Of a DNA stretch of 64,000 bases, positions 20,338 to 29,756 are shown piece after piece; position 1 is the stretch's first letter; every line of letters starts with the position of its first letter. The notes below the pieces were generated by a model. The model was not told where the DNA came from. It did no database searches and saw only the letters and a program-made list of their open reading frames with translations. Source of the stretch: a virus; IMG/VR virus record IMGVR_UViG_3300042514_001858, positions 90,168-154,167 of that record; one strand, 5' to 3'. The translations under genes and the position numbers were made by a program.

Positions 20338-21094
20338 TTGCTATGTAAATGTTATTGGTGGCGTGGGCAATCAGTTATTTCAAATAGCTGCTGGTTATGC
20401 TTATGCCAAGAAACATGGTAAGAAATTGATCATCAACCCTTATAATTGGTTTGCTGGTCAGGGGTCTAATCCTCTAGTGTATAAAGATAACATTTTTAAA
20501 AATTTTGAATATGGTAATTATAGTGGAAATGTCGTTCCTATTCAAGAAAAAAGATTTAATTATGATGAATTACCCTTCATAGAAGGCTCTGTATCATTGA
20601 ATGGATATTTCCAATCTTTGAAATACTTCGAAGAATACAAAGATGAATTTATTTCTTTATTGAACTTGCCAGAAGTCGATGTTCTTCCTAAATGGGGAAA
20701 CAATCTGAATATTGCATTTCATATAAGACGAGGTGATTACTTGAACCATGCAACAATACATTATGTGTGTAGAACCGAATACTTTAATAAATTATTTGAT
20801 ATTTTCACACCTGAAATAGTAAAGAATACTAAAATTCTTGTATTTACAGATTCACCCGAAATTGTTTTAGAAGAATTTAAAGGCAAAGAATTTATTATAA
20901 TGAAATCAGATTCTGATATTAAAGAACTTGCATACATGTCAAAGTGTGATATCGTAGTGGGGAGCAACTCTACCTTTTCTTGGTGTGCAGCTTTGATTGG
21001 TGATAAGACATCTTATTTCCCTTCCAAGTGGTTCGCAGATGGTGGAGAAGCGACTGATATTTACTACGATAAAATGATTAAATGTAATGTTTGA
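20330..21094 (+). CDS. GT11-like glycosyltransferase
   Basis: GGVGNQLFQ, GYFQS, HIRRGDY, SNSTFSW. Confidence 0.9.
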   Translation: MNSCYVNVIGGVGNQLFQIAAGYAYAKKHGKKLIINPYNWFAGQGSNPLVYKDNIFKNFEYGNYSGNVVPIQEKRFNYDELPFIEGSVSLNGYFQSLKYFEEYKDEFISLLNLPEVDVLPKWGNNLNIAFHIRRGDYLNHATIHYVCRTEYFNKLFDIFTPEIVKNTKILVFTDSPEIVLEEFKGKEFIIMKSDSDIKELAYMSKCDIVVGSNSTFSWCAALIGDKTSYFPSKWFADGGEATDIYYDKMIKCNV

Positions 21095-21866
21095 AATTAA
21101 TAAAATATATAATGAAAATTGTCTGGATACTATGAATAGTATGCCAGAAGAATCCATTGATTTAACTGTTACCAGCCCTCCATATGATGATTTGCGAACT
21201 TATAATGGTTATTCTTTCGACTTTGAAAATGTAGCCAAGGGGCTTTTCAAAGTCACTAAGAAAGGTGGAGTTGTTGTTTGGGTAGTTGGTGATCAGACAA
21301 AAGATGGTGATAAATCTGGAACGAGTTTCCGACAAGCTCTTTACTTCAAAGAAATTGGCTTCAAATTACATGATGTCATCATTTATGAGAAGAGTGGTGT
21401 CTCACCAGTGAAAAATAGATATTACCCTGCATTTGAATATATGTTTGTTTTATCCAAAGATAAAATCAAAACATTCAATCCTATTTGCGATAGACCAAAT
21501 AAATGGAGAGAGCGTTGGGGTAAGACTCGCCAACGTAGAAAAGCAGATGGAACTATGGGTGAGAAATATGAAAGTAAGATTGCTCCTGAATTTGGTATTC
21601 GACGTAACATTTGGAAGTATACACAAGGAGGTGGTTATGGGTCTGATGATAAAATCGCATATAAACATCCAGCAATCTTTCCCGAAAAATTAGCAGAAGA
21701 TCATATTTTAAGTTGGTCAAATGAAGGCGATTTGGTATACGATCCATTCATGGGAAGTGGGACTACTGCTAAAATGGCAAAGCTAAATAATAGAAATTAC
21801 ATTGGTAGTGAGATCAGTGGGGAATATATAAACATCATCAATAATCGCTTATGTTTAACACAATAA
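21087..21866 (+). CDS. DNA N4-C/N6-A methyltransferase (beta class)
   Basis: VTSPPY, HPAIFP, DPFMGSGTT. Confidence 0.92.
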   Translation: MFEINKIYNENCLDTMNSMPEESIDLTVTSPPYDDLRTYNGYSFDFENVAKGLFKVTKKGGVVVWVVGDQTKDGDKSGTSFRQALYFKEIGFKLHDVIIYEKSGVSPVKNRYYPAFEYMFVLSKDKIKTFNPICDRPNKWRERWGKTRQRRKADGTMGEKYESKIAPEFGIRRNIWKYTQGGGYGSDDKIAYKHPAIFPEKLAEDHILSWSNEGDLVYDPFMGSGTTAKMAKLNNRNYIGSEISGEYINIINNRLCLTQ

Positions 21867-22111
21867 ATCACATTCTTTTTGATAAGAAAGGGGAGATGAC
21901 AAATGAATTGTTGGAAGAGTTCTCTCCTTATATGGTGACTCGTTACTTGAGTTTCTATGATAAAGATCTGTTGAATTATGCTAATGAGACAGTGAACAGA
22001 TACTCACAGATATTCGATACGGATGAAGAAGCATTTCGATTCTTTGAAAATGTGATTCCCAAATTGAAACGAAAAAATATCAAATATATATCCAAAAAAA
22101 GAGAAAAATGA
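21851..22111 (+). CDS. gp62: Clamp-loader small subunit-like
   Basis: FSPYMVTRYLS...YANETVN...FRFFENVIPKLKRK resembles the gp62 core. Confidence 0.55.
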   Translation: MFNTINHILFDKKGEMTNELLEEFSPYMVTRYLSFYDKDLLNYANETVNRYSQIFDTDEEAFRFFENVIPKLKRKNIKYISKKREK

Positions 22112-22722
22112 ATGCTTTAAATAATTTTTTCAAAAAAATCTATTGTATAAATTTGGATAGACGACCTGATCGTTGGGAACATGCTTCCAAACAATTTGAA
22201 AAATTTGGAATAAATGTTGAGAGATTTTCTGCAATAGATCATGAACATTTGGATAACATACCTCCAAATATTAAGCGAGGAGCATACGGATGCACATTAA
22301 GTCATTGTGGAATAATTGAAAAGTGTAAAAACGATAATGTTGAAAATGTTTTGATTTTTGAAGACGATGTTGTATTGGACGATGATATTTTAAACGTTTT
22401 TGAAAATAATATAAATCATATTCCGAGATGGGATATGATTTATTTTGGAGGGTATCACATACATCGCCCAACGCACATAGAAAAAAATATCTACAAATTG
22501 CATTATAGCTATGCGTTGCATAGCTACGCATGTAATCACACCATGTATGATATTTTACTAAAACTCGAAAACCATATTTGTTTTGATGTTAGTGTAGCAG
22601 AAATCCATAATACGCATGATTGTTTTTTACTTACCAAAGATGACGGTTCATCTTTGACAAAACAATATTTAAATTTTAGTGATATTGAAAATGGATATAA
22701 AGATTATACGAATATACTATGA
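22108..22722 (+). CDS. GT25-like glycosyltransferase
   Basis: YCINLDRRPDRW, ERFSAID, GCTLSH, LIFEDD. Confidence 0.88.
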   Translation: MNALNNFFKKIYCINLDRRPDRWEHASKQFEKFGINVERFSAIDHEHLDNIPPNIKRGAYGCTLSHCGIIEKCKNDNVENVLIFEDDVVLDDDILNVFENNINHIPRWDMIYFGGYHIHRPTHIEKNIYKLHYSYALHSYACNHTMYDILLKLENHICFDVSVAEIHNTHDCFLLTKDDGSSLTKQYLNFSDIENGYKDYTNIL

Positions 22723-23486
22723 AAGCACTTGTTGTATGTCCAACTTATGGAAGACTCCCTTATCTGGGGAGATTGTTAGCATCATTTTTACATCAAGACT
22801 ATGATGACAAGCATTTGGTTATCATCAATGATGATAAAAAAATCACATTGGAATGTGATTATGATAATGTCACTGTTATGAATTTGACCAAAAAGATATC
22901 GGTAGGGGAAAAAAGAAACTTGGGGGCAGCATACGGACATTTTGATGTGATACATCCATGGGATGATGATGATATTTTCTTACCCAACCGTTTATCAAAT
23001 CATATGAAACAATACGCCGATCCTTCTGTGGAAGCATACAGAAATTTTCCCTCATATACTATATATGCGGATAAATTTGCTTCGTGTAGTGGGGGGACGA
23101 ACAATAAATCATATCGAAAAAAAATGTTTTTTGATGTTGGAGGATATGGCAGCACTAATAATTTTCAAGAAGATGCGGAATTACATCACAAATTAAGAAA
23201 TTTTAAAAAAGATGAAAATGAAAATGAACGCGATTTTGTTTATGGATTTTCAACATCTAATTTTCATTTATCGTGTCAACCCACGGAATTACAAATACAA
23301 AAAATTTCATATGACCAATTAATAGAATTAAATTTATTAAACAAAAAATTTATCATAACGCCTGACTTCGATGAATATAATAAATATCTACTGTTAGATG
23401 AAATTTTTAAAAAAAAGGGTGAAAGTATTGAGATTGATGTCTTACCAAATGGTAAAATTAAAATACTAAATGTGGACAATGAATGA
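22719..23486 (+). CDS. Glycosyltransferase, GT2
   Basis: VCPTYGR, QDY, LVIIND, GEKRN, WDDDD. Confidence 0.85.
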   Translation: MKALVVCPTYGRLPYLGRLLASFLHQDYDDKHLVIINDDKKITLECDYDNVTVMNLTKKISVGEKRNLGAAYGHFDVIHPWDDDDIFLPNRLSNHMKQYADPSVEAYRNFPSYTIYADKFASCSGGTNNKSYRKKMFFDVGGYGSTNNFQEDAELHHKLRNFKKDENENERDFVYGFSTSNFHLSCQPTELQIQKISYDQLIELNLLNKKFIITPDFDEYNKYLLLDEIFKKKGESIEIDVLPNGKIKILNVDNE

Positions 23487-23523
23487 TTACGTATTCATGC
23501 ATATTCCCAACGCAGGTAGAGGA

Positions 23524-24042
23524 TCAATCCTCCATATAAAAAGATTCCAAAAATTGTGATATTCTTTTATTATATTCAATTGCTAAGTTCTTTCCCTGCT
23601 CTATTGAAATCCCGTTTCTTTTGTGTAGGGACGTGGCAATATCTTTAAGATTTCTATAACATACAACAAATTGAGGATTTGGTAGATGTTTATACCAAGC
23701 ATCTATGGTCAATGATGTTCTAGGATCTTTAAACCCCCAACTTTCCATATTTTTACTCTGTGCTGTTGCAACCTCATCAGCGACGATCCGTTTAATATGA
23801 TCTTCATAATTTTTACCAATTTCAATTATTTTTTCTCTTGGTGGGGGATCAAACCAACTACCACCAGAATTGTGTAATATCTCATCATTTATTTTAATTA
23901 TCTCAATGTTTTCATAATGACCCTTTGGATTGTCTACTAATCCGATCAACAATTTTTTTCCCATATGAACTTCAGAATTTAAAGTTCTGGCAACTAATGA
24001 GGTTGCTGATCTATGCATTCCCAATACGACTATTGTTTTCAT
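23524..24042 (-). CDS. Sulfotransferase-family protein
   Basis: VLGMHRSATS PAPS-binding loop, NPKGHYE, WGFKDPRT. Confidence 0.8.
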   Translation of the reverse strand: MKTIVVLGMHRSATSLVARTLNSEVHMGKKLLIGLVDNPKGHYENIEIIKINDEILHNSGGSWFDPPPREKIIEIGKNYEDHIKRIVADEVATAQSKNMESWGFKDPRTSLTIDAWYKHLPNPQFVVCYRNLKDIATSLHKRNGISIEQGKNLAIEYNKRISQFLESFYMED

Positions 24043-24782
24043 ATTTTCAAATAATTTTCTAAAAGTTGTTTATAGTCGGTGTTCCATTTTGGCTTTAGTT
24101 CAATATCACCAATTGGAATTTTTCCCTCTTTTTTTAAATTATCAATGTGTTTCGAATGTCTAATAATTACATTTTCTCTATCTGGTGTATCCTTACTTTG
24201 ACCCGACATATGATAACTTCTACCGCCCCATAAATACATCCACGAAATTTCTTCATCTGGTGGGGAAGCATTTACCACTCTACAATTATATTCTCCTTTC
24301 AATTTAATAACAAATGACATATCATATCCCGCATTTTCAAGAGGATGTTTACTCGATCTCTCCCATATCTCTTTAGTATAAATGATGCCAGAATTTCCCA
24401 GAGAAGTCAGAGCATGTATTTTATTATGATTAACCAACGCACCTCTATTCCAATGAAGTAAATCGTAACTTGGAAAATATTTGTTTATATTACCTAAGTG
24501 ATTCGATAATGCAATATCATCATCATCCCAAACTGCTATTGTATTGTAGCTACAATTTTCTACCGCAAAATTTTCCTTAGCTCCAATTGTTTCAAATGTT
24601 TTATCGAAATTAATTATTTTAACTTTCGGGTGATCGAAATATAATTTTTGTTCAGGATAGTCATTCACGATAACCATCTCACTATCACCATCATATTCTT
24701 GATTTAAAAAACTGTATAATGATTCTTCTAATAAATCAACTCGTCCGTATGTGATACATTTACATGAAATAGGAATTGCCAT
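24039..24782 (-). CDS. Glycosyltransferase, GT2 (paralogue of 22719)
   Basis: CITYGR, QEY, VIVND, GAKEN, WDDDD; TAAATA 7 nt upstream. Confidence 0.85.
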   Translation of the reverse strand: MAIPISCKCITYGRVDLLEESLYSFLNQEYDGDSEMVIVNDYPEQKLYFDHPKVKIINFDKTFETIGAKENFAVENCSYNTIAVWDDDDIALSNHLGNINKYFPSYDLLHWNRGALVNHNKIHALTSLGNSGIIYTKEIWERSSKHPLENAGYDMSFVIKLKGEYNCRVVNASPPDEEISWMYLWGGRSYHMSGQSKDTPDRENVIIRHSKHIDNLKKEGKIPIGDIELKPKWNTDYKQLLENYLKI

Positions 24783-24845
24783 ATTTGTTTATTTAATAAT
24801 AAAAAAATATTCATTGACAAATAAATAATACCAATAAATATATTT

Positions 24846-25271
24846 ATGTCCGTATCTATTGATGTTTTAGCCCCTCAAAAATCCCACATTGATCTCAGTG
24901 ATAAAGCACTACCAAGTGATTTTGGTTTGGATGATTATAGTCTATCCAAACTTTTTGATGATGTGATGCTTCTTGAATATTGTGATTTGGTCACAGGAGA
25001 AGAATCAGGTGATTATATTTTACGTGGAGGTATTGCGATTCCTGTTGCTCAAGTTCATAATGCTTGGAGAAAAGGTAAAGTCATCCTTAAAGGACCAAAC
25101 GTGCGATACACTGAAGTTGGTGATATCGTAGTGTTCCCCAATAATATGGGTATTCCAATCTCCAACTTGGAAGTAACAGGTCATGGTAAAGTGAAGAACG
25201 CTTTGTTCTTGAACGAGCAGCGCATGTTTGGCGTTTGTGATATAAATGCTAAAAAAATTAAAGAGAAATGA
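24846..25271 (+). CDS. GroES/Cpn10-like co-chaperonin
   Basis: GGIAIP mobile loop, GKVILKGP, VGDIVVF; TAAATA-N5-ATG. Confidence 0.75.
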   Translation: MSVSIDVLAPQKSHIDLSDKALPSDFGLDDYSLSKLFDDVMLLEYCDLVTGEESGDYILRGGIAIPVAQVHNAWRKGKVILKGPNVRYTEVGDIVVFPNNMGIPISNLEVTGHGKVKNALFLNEQRMFGVCDINAKKIKEK

Positions 25272-25659
25272 GTTACAAACGTTATTGAAAAATAACATTT
25301 GTGATTTATTAATTGTTCGTAGACGACCTGAACGCTCACCAGGACGACCTTATATTCGCCAGATGTTGTGTACGAACAGTATGGAGATTCTCAATTCCTA
25401 TAATGGTAAAACAACTTTGAACTTTTCAGGTTCCTTTGAACCTAAAAAAGTCGATGAGCGTAAACATAATTTAGTAGTTACATGGGATATCTTCATGCAG
25501 GACTTTAGAAATGTCTCGATGGATATGTGCTATCTCGTTCAAAAAATCCCAGCAGACGATAACTTTTGGAAGTTTTTCAATGAAAATATATTCCCCATGA
25601 GTCCAAACGAGAAATTGCGATACATGGACAATGAACTTAATCTCGACCCTTACCCATGA
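25246..25659 (+). CDS. Conserved T4-like hypothetical protein (DUF2693-like)
   Basis: RQMLCTN...VVTWDIFMQDFRNV. Confidence 0.55.
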   Translation: MLKKLKRNELQTLLKNNICDLLIVRRRPERSPGRPYIRQMLCTNSMEILNSYNGKTTLNFSGSFEPKKVDERKHNLVVTWDIFMQDFRNVSMDMCYLVQKIPADDNFWKFFNENIFPMSPNEKLRYMDNELNLDPYP

Positions 25660-25985
25660 ATAGAATCGAAGAACATTTAAAAAAATTAATTTTCCGTGAT
25701 GTGAAATTTGTATTGAATTCCCGAACAATCAAAGGGGGTAAAATACAAATGTTTAACACAAAACAAAATTTTGTAAGATTTAAAATTGAAGAAGATGGAG
25801 ACATCAAAGAATGGGAAATCTCTTATCCTTATGATATTAAAAAAATTGAAAATGGATTTATTTTTGATTATTCTCTGAGTGCATTCTGTCCTAGAACTGA
25901 AGAGGTTTATTGGAAGATGAAAGCAATTAACAAAACAGATATTTCTAAATTTTTCGATAATTATCTTTACGTCTTGACATCTTAA
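25656..25985 (+). CDS. Hypothetical protein
   Basis: 109-aa ORF with ATGA coupling to the upstream gene. Confidence 0.7.
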   Translation: MNRIEEHLKKLIFRDVKFVLNSRTIKGGKIQMFNTKQNFVRFKIEEDGDIKEWEISYPYDIKKIENGFIFDYSLSAFCPRTEEVYWKMKAINKTDISKFFDNYLYVLTS

Positions 25986-26001
25986 AATTGCGTGGTAGGA
26001 T
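25974..26001 (+). promoter_or_regulatory. Sigma70-type promoter upstream of the helicase
   Basis: TTGACA-N13-TGG-TAGGAT. Confidence 0.65.
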
Positions 26002-26046
26002 TTCCATAATAAATGTCCTTAGATGTTGAAATTGAAATCTTAAAAA

Positions 26047-27672
26047 ATGCGTAACTTAATATTAAACTTCCCAGAGGGATTCAATCCTCGTGATAAACAA
26101 GCAAAAGCTCTTAATGCCATTGAAAAAGCATTTGAGAATGGTAAAAAATTCGTAATTGTTCATGCAGACACAGGGGTAGGTAAGACACACTTAGCTAAAA
26201 CCCTTGGGAATGTATCTAAAGATGTTCCTGTTGAATTTGAAAGAATAGTAAAGAATTATAGTATTTTTGCTGAAAATGGTGCAGAATTGATGAAAGATAT
26301 TGATCCATTTGGGTGTTATTCTTTGACAATTACTAAATCACTCCAAGATCAATACCAGAATACTTTCGATGATACAGGAGTTTTGAAAGGTAAGAGTAAT
26401 TACCAGTGTGATGTGGATGATACCCTGTCAGTTGATATTGCGCCATGTATTTATGTGGCAAACCAAAAGAATGAGTGTTGGAAAGCTAATCGTTGTCCTT
26501 ATTACAACTCTCGTAATAATATGCTAACGTCAAGGTTTTCCGCTTTGAATTACAGTATGTTTTTCTCTCTTCCCAACCACCTCAAGAAAAGACAGATTAT
26601 TGTATGTGATGAGGGTTCAGAATTAGAAGAGCAGTTAGTTGGTCAATTTACATGTGTAGTGGATATCCCATTTCTTATGAAGACTCAAACACTCGTCACA
26701 CCATTTCCCAATGATGATAACAACAAAACCAAAGTGTTGGCGTGGATTAGTAAGGTTACAGAGAGCGTAACAAATTCCTTAGATGAATACAAAAGTTGGT
26801 TTAGTGAGAATAGTAATAAAAAGGATATTATCACTTTCAATAAAAAGAAACAGGAATATACCAAACTTACCAATCTTCAAAATTCCTTACAATTATTGAT
26901 TGATACTTTCTACGATAGCGATTACATCGTAGAACGATTGGAAAATGCTATCCGATTTATTCCTTTAAAAGTTGATGTTCTTTCAAAATATTTGTTTGAT
27001 TATGCTGAAAAAGTAGTAATTCTTTCTGCGACAATTATTGATCCCGATGCTTATTGCAAATCTCTTGGTATTAAAGATCATGAATATATCCACATTGGAA
27101 CAGACTTTAATCCAGAGAAGTCACCGATTCATATCATGGCAAAACAGAAATTAAATTTTCAAAATTTAAAATCTATGCTTCCAACTTTGATGAAACAGAT
27201 CAAAGGTATCATGGAACATCATAAAGATGAAAAGGGTATCATTCATACTCACACTCAATATTTGGCAGATTATATTCGAGAAAATATAAAATCAGATCGT
27301 TTGCTTTGTAGGGAAGCAGGAGTGAATAATGAACAGCTTTTGGAAACTCATGAATCGTCCAGTGAACCGACCATTTTGGTATCTCCTTCAATGACATATG
27401 GTGTGGACTTAAAAGGTGATTTGTCTCGCTTCCAAATCATTCTCAAAGCACCATGGCTACCGACAAAGGATGTTCGAGTAGAGAAGCTGATGAAAATTGA
27501 TAAGGATTGGTATGGTAATGCTATGCTCAAGACTCTGCTTCAGGCTTGTGGTCGTAGTGTTCGCGCCCATGATGACTGGTGTGAAACATATATACTTGAC
27601 GGAAGCATTTTTGATGCTATTAATAGGAACAAGAAGAAGCTTCCCAAGTTCTTCCTAGACAGATTTAACTGA
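26047..27672 (+). CDS. DinG/Rad3-like SF2 helicase
   Basis: Q motif PRDKQ, ADTGVGKT, GKSNYQC plus Cys cluster (Fe-S), SAT, GVDL, QACGRSVR. Confidence 0.88.
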   Translation: MRNLILNFPEGFNPRDKQAKALNAIEKAFENGKKFVIVHADTGVGKTHLAKTLGNVSKDVPVEFERIVKNYSIFAENGAELMKDIDPFGCYSLTITKSLQDQYQNTFDDTGVLKGKSNYQCDVDDTLSVDIAPCIYVANQKNECWKANRCPYYNSRNNMLTSRFSALNYSMFFSLPNHLKKRQIIVCDEGSELEEQLVGQFTCVVDIPFLMKTQTLVTPFPNDDNNKTKVLAWISKVTESVTNSLDEYKSWFSENSNKKDIITFNKKKQEYTKLTNLQNSLQLLIDTFYDSDYIVERLENAIRFIPLKVDVLSKYLFDYAEKVVILSATIIDPDAYCKSLGIKDHEYIHIGTDFNPEKSPIHIMAKQKLNFQNLKSMLPTLMKQIKGIMEHHKDEKGIIHTHTQYLADYIRENIKSDRLLCREAGVNNEQLLETHESSSEPTILVSPSMTYGVDLKGDLSRFQIILKAPWLPTKDVRVEKLMKIDKDWYGNAMLKTLLQACGRSVRAHDDWCETYILDGSIFDAINRNKKKLPKFFLDRFN

Positions 27673-27673
27673 T

Positions 27674-28819
27674 ATGAGCAAATTAAAAGAAACAATCAAA
27701 AAAGCACTGGAGAAAACCTATTGGGTAAATTCAGTTGGTGAATTTAAGAACCCTTCCGACTACCCTCAAGAATTTGAACAGAAATTTGGTAATATTTCTC
27801 TGAATACGATTGTACTTGATGATTATCTAATAGATGCTCGAAGACTCGATGATATTCATGATCTTTTCAAAAGATGGAAATTTGATGTAACTCATCAATA
27901 TAAAATCAATGATTTCAAATCTGGATATTATTTTAATGAATTTTTATATTTGATGGTTCGTTGTAATTTCGGTTTACCTGAAAACAAAATTAATAAAGAA
28001 GATGATGATGATGATATAGAATTTATTTCTATGGAAAGTGGAGTCGTTTCCATATCGTTTTGCCCTCTTCTTAAAAATAAAAATGCCATTGAAAAATTGC
28101 TAGAGGAGTTAATCGACATGAATGTTCTTTTTATTCCTGATTCGGAGAAGAACTTTTACATGATCGCTCAGAATGCTCAAGGTTTGTATAAACAAAAAAC
28201 CACTTTCAATAATATTGAAATTAAAGACGGGAGGTATGATCTATATTATGGTAAAAAATGTCCTATTGATAAATTTAAACAATTTATGAGAGATGACAAC
28301 ACTGAAAGTCTTTTGCTTTTACATGGCGATCCTGGTGCTGGAAAATCTAATATGTTAAAGAATTTAATTTTAGAGACGGATGAAGATGTTATTTATGTTC
28401 CACCTTCTATGGTATCAGTGATTTCATCTCCTGATTTTATTTCATTCATGATCAAAAACAAAAAAAACTTTTTGATTATCGAAGATGCCGAGGAAATTTT
28501 ATCAGTTGATAGAAATTCTGGAACAAATAACCTACTATCAATATGTGACGGATTTCTTAAAGATGCATTACAGATGAAAATTATATGCACTTTTAACTGC
28601 GATCTAAACAAGATCGATCCAGCTTTGTTGAGAAAAGGTCGATTATTTTTCGAATACAAATTTGGTGCGTTATCAAAAGAAGAGGTTCAAGATTTATCAA
28701 ATTTTTGTAATTTAGGGTTGAAAGTTGATAAAGAAATGACGTTAGCAGAGATTTTCAACAGCGAAAAAGATGTGAGCATTGAAAATTCATTTGAAGAGAG
28801 ACGGATCGGATTCTTTTAA
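27674..28819 (+). CDS. AAA+ ATPase
   Basis: LLHGDPGAGKS, LIIEDAE, IDPALLRKGRL, C-terminal RIGF. Confidence 0.85.
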   Translation: MSKLKETIKKALEKTYWVNSVGEFKNPSDYPQEFEQKFGNISLNTIVLDDYLIDARRLDDIHDLFKRWKFDVTHQYKINDFKSGYYFNEFLYLMVRCNFGLPENKINKEDDDDDIEFISMESGVVSISFCPLLKNKNAIEKLLEELIDMNVLFIPDSEKNFYMIAQNAQGLYKQKTTFNNIEIKDGRYDLYYGKKCPIDKFKQFMRDDNTESLLLLHGDPGAGKSNMLKNLILETDEDVIYVPPSMVSVISSPDFISFMIKNKKNFLIIEDAEEILSVDRNSGTNNLLSICDGFLKDALQMKIICTFNCDLNKIDPALLRKGRLFFEYKFGALSKEEVQDLSNFCNLGLKVDKEMTLAEIFNSEKDVSIENSFEERRIGFF

Positions 28820-29539
28820 TAATTTATTTCTTTTTCGAGATTCCAACATTTTAATTCTTTGTTCCTCTGGCATTTTCTTTCCTTTATTAACATTCGGGAT
28901 TCCTTTCCTCAACCCTGCCAATCTTTGACGTTCTTCTTCAGAAACTTTTTTGCCATAATTATTATGTTTTTCGCCACTTCTAGCTATCGACATATTTATT
29001 CTCGCTTCATCACTCATTTTAGTTCCTTTTTTTAATTCCGACATTCGTTTTTTACATTCTTCAGTATGTTTGAATCCTGTGAAAGATTTCACCCTATTTG
29101 ATATTGCTTCGGGCGACATCTTCTTACCCATTCCACCCAAAGATATTTTTTTACGATGTTCTTCTGATAATTTCTTCCCTGTTCTAACTTTTGATAATTT
29201 TTGTTTGGTTTCATCCGAATGATTAAAACCTATCATGCTCTGTCCTCTTTTTAATACATTATAACCATTTGGTTCCAGTGAATTAAATTTTATAATAAGT
29301 TGTTCTTCTAAATCGTGTAATCCTTTTTTATCAAAATCTGTGAGATAATAAATATCGATATCAAAATTTTCAATACCATATTTGTTTATAGCATTATGAA
29401 TAATTTGTTTTCCTTTACTTCTATAACCACAAACTCTCTGATACATATTAATACTTTCCCCAATATAATACTTCCCATTCACTTCATTGCGAATGATATA
29501 AACACCAGCCTTCTTTTCAAATTTATCAGTTAATTTCAT
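28787..29539 (-). mobile_element. Free-standing GIY-YIG homing endonuclease with NUMOD3 repeats
   Basis: GVYIIRN...YYIGES, NGYN, repeated H/MSxExxxKxS motifs; oriented opposite to its neighbours. Confidence 0.88.
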
Positions 29540-29669
29540 TCAACGTCTCCTCTAGTATTCTTTTGATATATTCGGTCATAGTCAGACCAGATTTCTTTGC
29601 AATCTTACGAATTTGCTCCTTCATTTCCAAAGTCACATAGAGTTCTATTTTTTTCTTTATTGTTTCCAT
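29526..29669 (-). CDS. 47-aa ribbon-helix-helix DNA-binding protein (not in the ORF track)
   Basis: METIKKKIELYVTLEMKEQIRKIAKKSGLTMTEYIKRILEETLNEIN*; overlaps the endonuclease start. Confidence 0.75.
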   Translation of the reverse strand: METIKKKIELYVTLEMKEQIRKIAKKSGLTMTEYIKRILEETLNEIN

Positions 29670-29756
29670 ATATCATTACTTAGTAAATTTTAATGATTTT
29701 TTCATGATTTTTACATAAAAAGTTTAATTAGGAATTTTTAATTAAGTAATACTGTA

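Noticed and set aside
12683-24782. Host O-antigen/capsule locus or chimeric assembly
   Set aside because: It is interleaved with phage genes and phage promoters, has similar composition, and lacks wzx, wzy and ABC export genes.
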